This document shows, one piece after another, positions 63,310 through 64,000 of a stretch of 64,000 nt of DNA. The stretch is from Elusimicrobiota bacterium (GTDB taxonomy: Bacteria > Elusimicrobiota > Elusimicrobia > UBA1565 > UBA9628): the NCBI GenBank assembly GCA_023249645.1, contig JAHFCF010000002.1, forward strand, positions 64,806 to 128,805, in the 5' to 3' direction. The notes beneath the pieces are model-generated. The model did no database searches, was not told the DNA's origin, and saw only the letters and a program-made list of their open reading frames with translations. A program made the position numbers and the translations under genes. Numbering within the stretch: position 1 is the first letter of the stretch; the number at the start of each line of letters is the position of its first letter.

Positions 63310-63939
63310 GTGCTCCTGAAAGGCTACATCGGCATCTCCGGCATCATCGGAGTGGGGAAATCCACCTTCACGAATCGCCTGGCCAAGGCCTTGGACTTCG
63401 AGCCGGTCCAGGAAGACGCGTTTCACAACCCCTACCTCCCGAAGTTCTACAAGGACATGAGCCGCTATGTCTTCCGCATGCAGATCTGGTTCTTGAACCA
63501 CCGCGTCCGCCAGCACCGCCGCCTGACGGCCAAGATCCTTTCAGGACAGAAGTGTGGGATCGTCAAGGACCGCACGGTCTGGGAAGACCAGGTCTTCGCC
63601 AAGATGTTCAACCAGGGCCCGAGCAAGCTCTTGTCAGCCGTCGATTACCGCACCTACCGCGAGATCTTCGACTGCATGATGGGAGAGGACCCAGGCATCC
63701 CCGAGCTGATCATCCATCTCGACTGCAAACCCGAGACCGCCTTGAAACGCGTGAAGCAGCGCGGGCGGTCGTCGGAAAAAACTGCGCTGGATCTGGATTA
63801 TCTTCGAGCCCTGCAAAAGTCGTATGAAGAATTCCTCAAAGAGATGCAGAAGTCCGGAACCAAGATCTTGAGGCTCGATTGGGAAAGATTCATGCCCACC
63901 GCCGAAGTGCTGCGGCGCGTGCGCCCTCTGCTCTCTTAA
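63310..63939 (+). CDS. Deoxynucleoside kinase
   Basis: GIIGVGKST, NPYLPKFYKDM, QIWFL, DRTVWED, LKRVKQRGR..E. Confidence 0.92.
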   Translation: MLLKGYIGISGIIGVGKSTFTNRLAKALDFEPVQEDAFHNPYLPKFYKDMSRYVFRMQIWFLNHRVRQHRRLTAKILSGQKCGIVKDRTVWEDQVFAKMFNQGPSKLLSAVDYRTYREIFDCMMGEDPGIPELIIHLDCKPETALKRVKQRGRSSEKTALDLDYLRALQKSYEEFLKEMQKSGTKILRLDWERFMPTAEVLRRVRPLLS

Positions 63940-64000
63940 GGCGAGACTTCAGCCGACGATCGGACCTTGCGAATGCTGCGCTCGCCGCGCAATCTCAGCA

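Noticed and set aside
63936-64000. Possible 3' end of a minus-strand gene at the right edge (…LRGERSIRKVRSSAEVSP*)
   Set aside because: Only about 20 codons are visible and nothing is recognisable, so it cannot be supported.

Overview
A GC-rich bacterial chromosomal segment with no phage, integrase, full-length transposase or CRISPR array. Elusimicrobiota is the likely lineage, but this is inference from the PorV-like/FN3/CTD pair, the GYF-type membrane protein and the bacterial histone. Housekeeping content includes tig-lon, yceD-rpmF-acpP-rnc, an 11-subunit complex I (nuoABCDHIJKLMN, no nuoEFG here), rimP-nusA-infB-rbfA-truB-riboflavin kinase, purB-purA, a polyamine cluster and three tRNAs (Leu-TAG, Lys-CTT, Met-CAT). 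A long Fe-S/FMN glutamate-synthase-like ORF that the ORF track misses runs off the left edge. Main signals: (1) three unlinked promoters (about 42.56, 52.31 and 62.63 kb) share three 16-bp quasi-palindromic TRGGWC-N4-GNCCYA boxes with identical 24/23-nt spacing and a -10 at a fixed distance. All precede exported proteins, which suggests an undescribed regulon, possibly of the orphan NarL-family regulator at 31 kb. (2) A 60-aa Bdellovibrio-type bacterial histone lies between tRNA-Met and nuoA. (3) A sedolisin-7xFN3-CTD protein is coupled to a PorV-like gene. (4) lon is interrupted by an in-frame TGA at a conserved Gly. (5) A GGGGTCAG-tagged repeat/MITE family is dispersed through the window. 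(6) Many genes appear leaderless. (7) There are candidate RNA switches upstream of purB, rnc and rimP. All family assignments come from motif recognition, not database searches, and several start codons are my best estimate.
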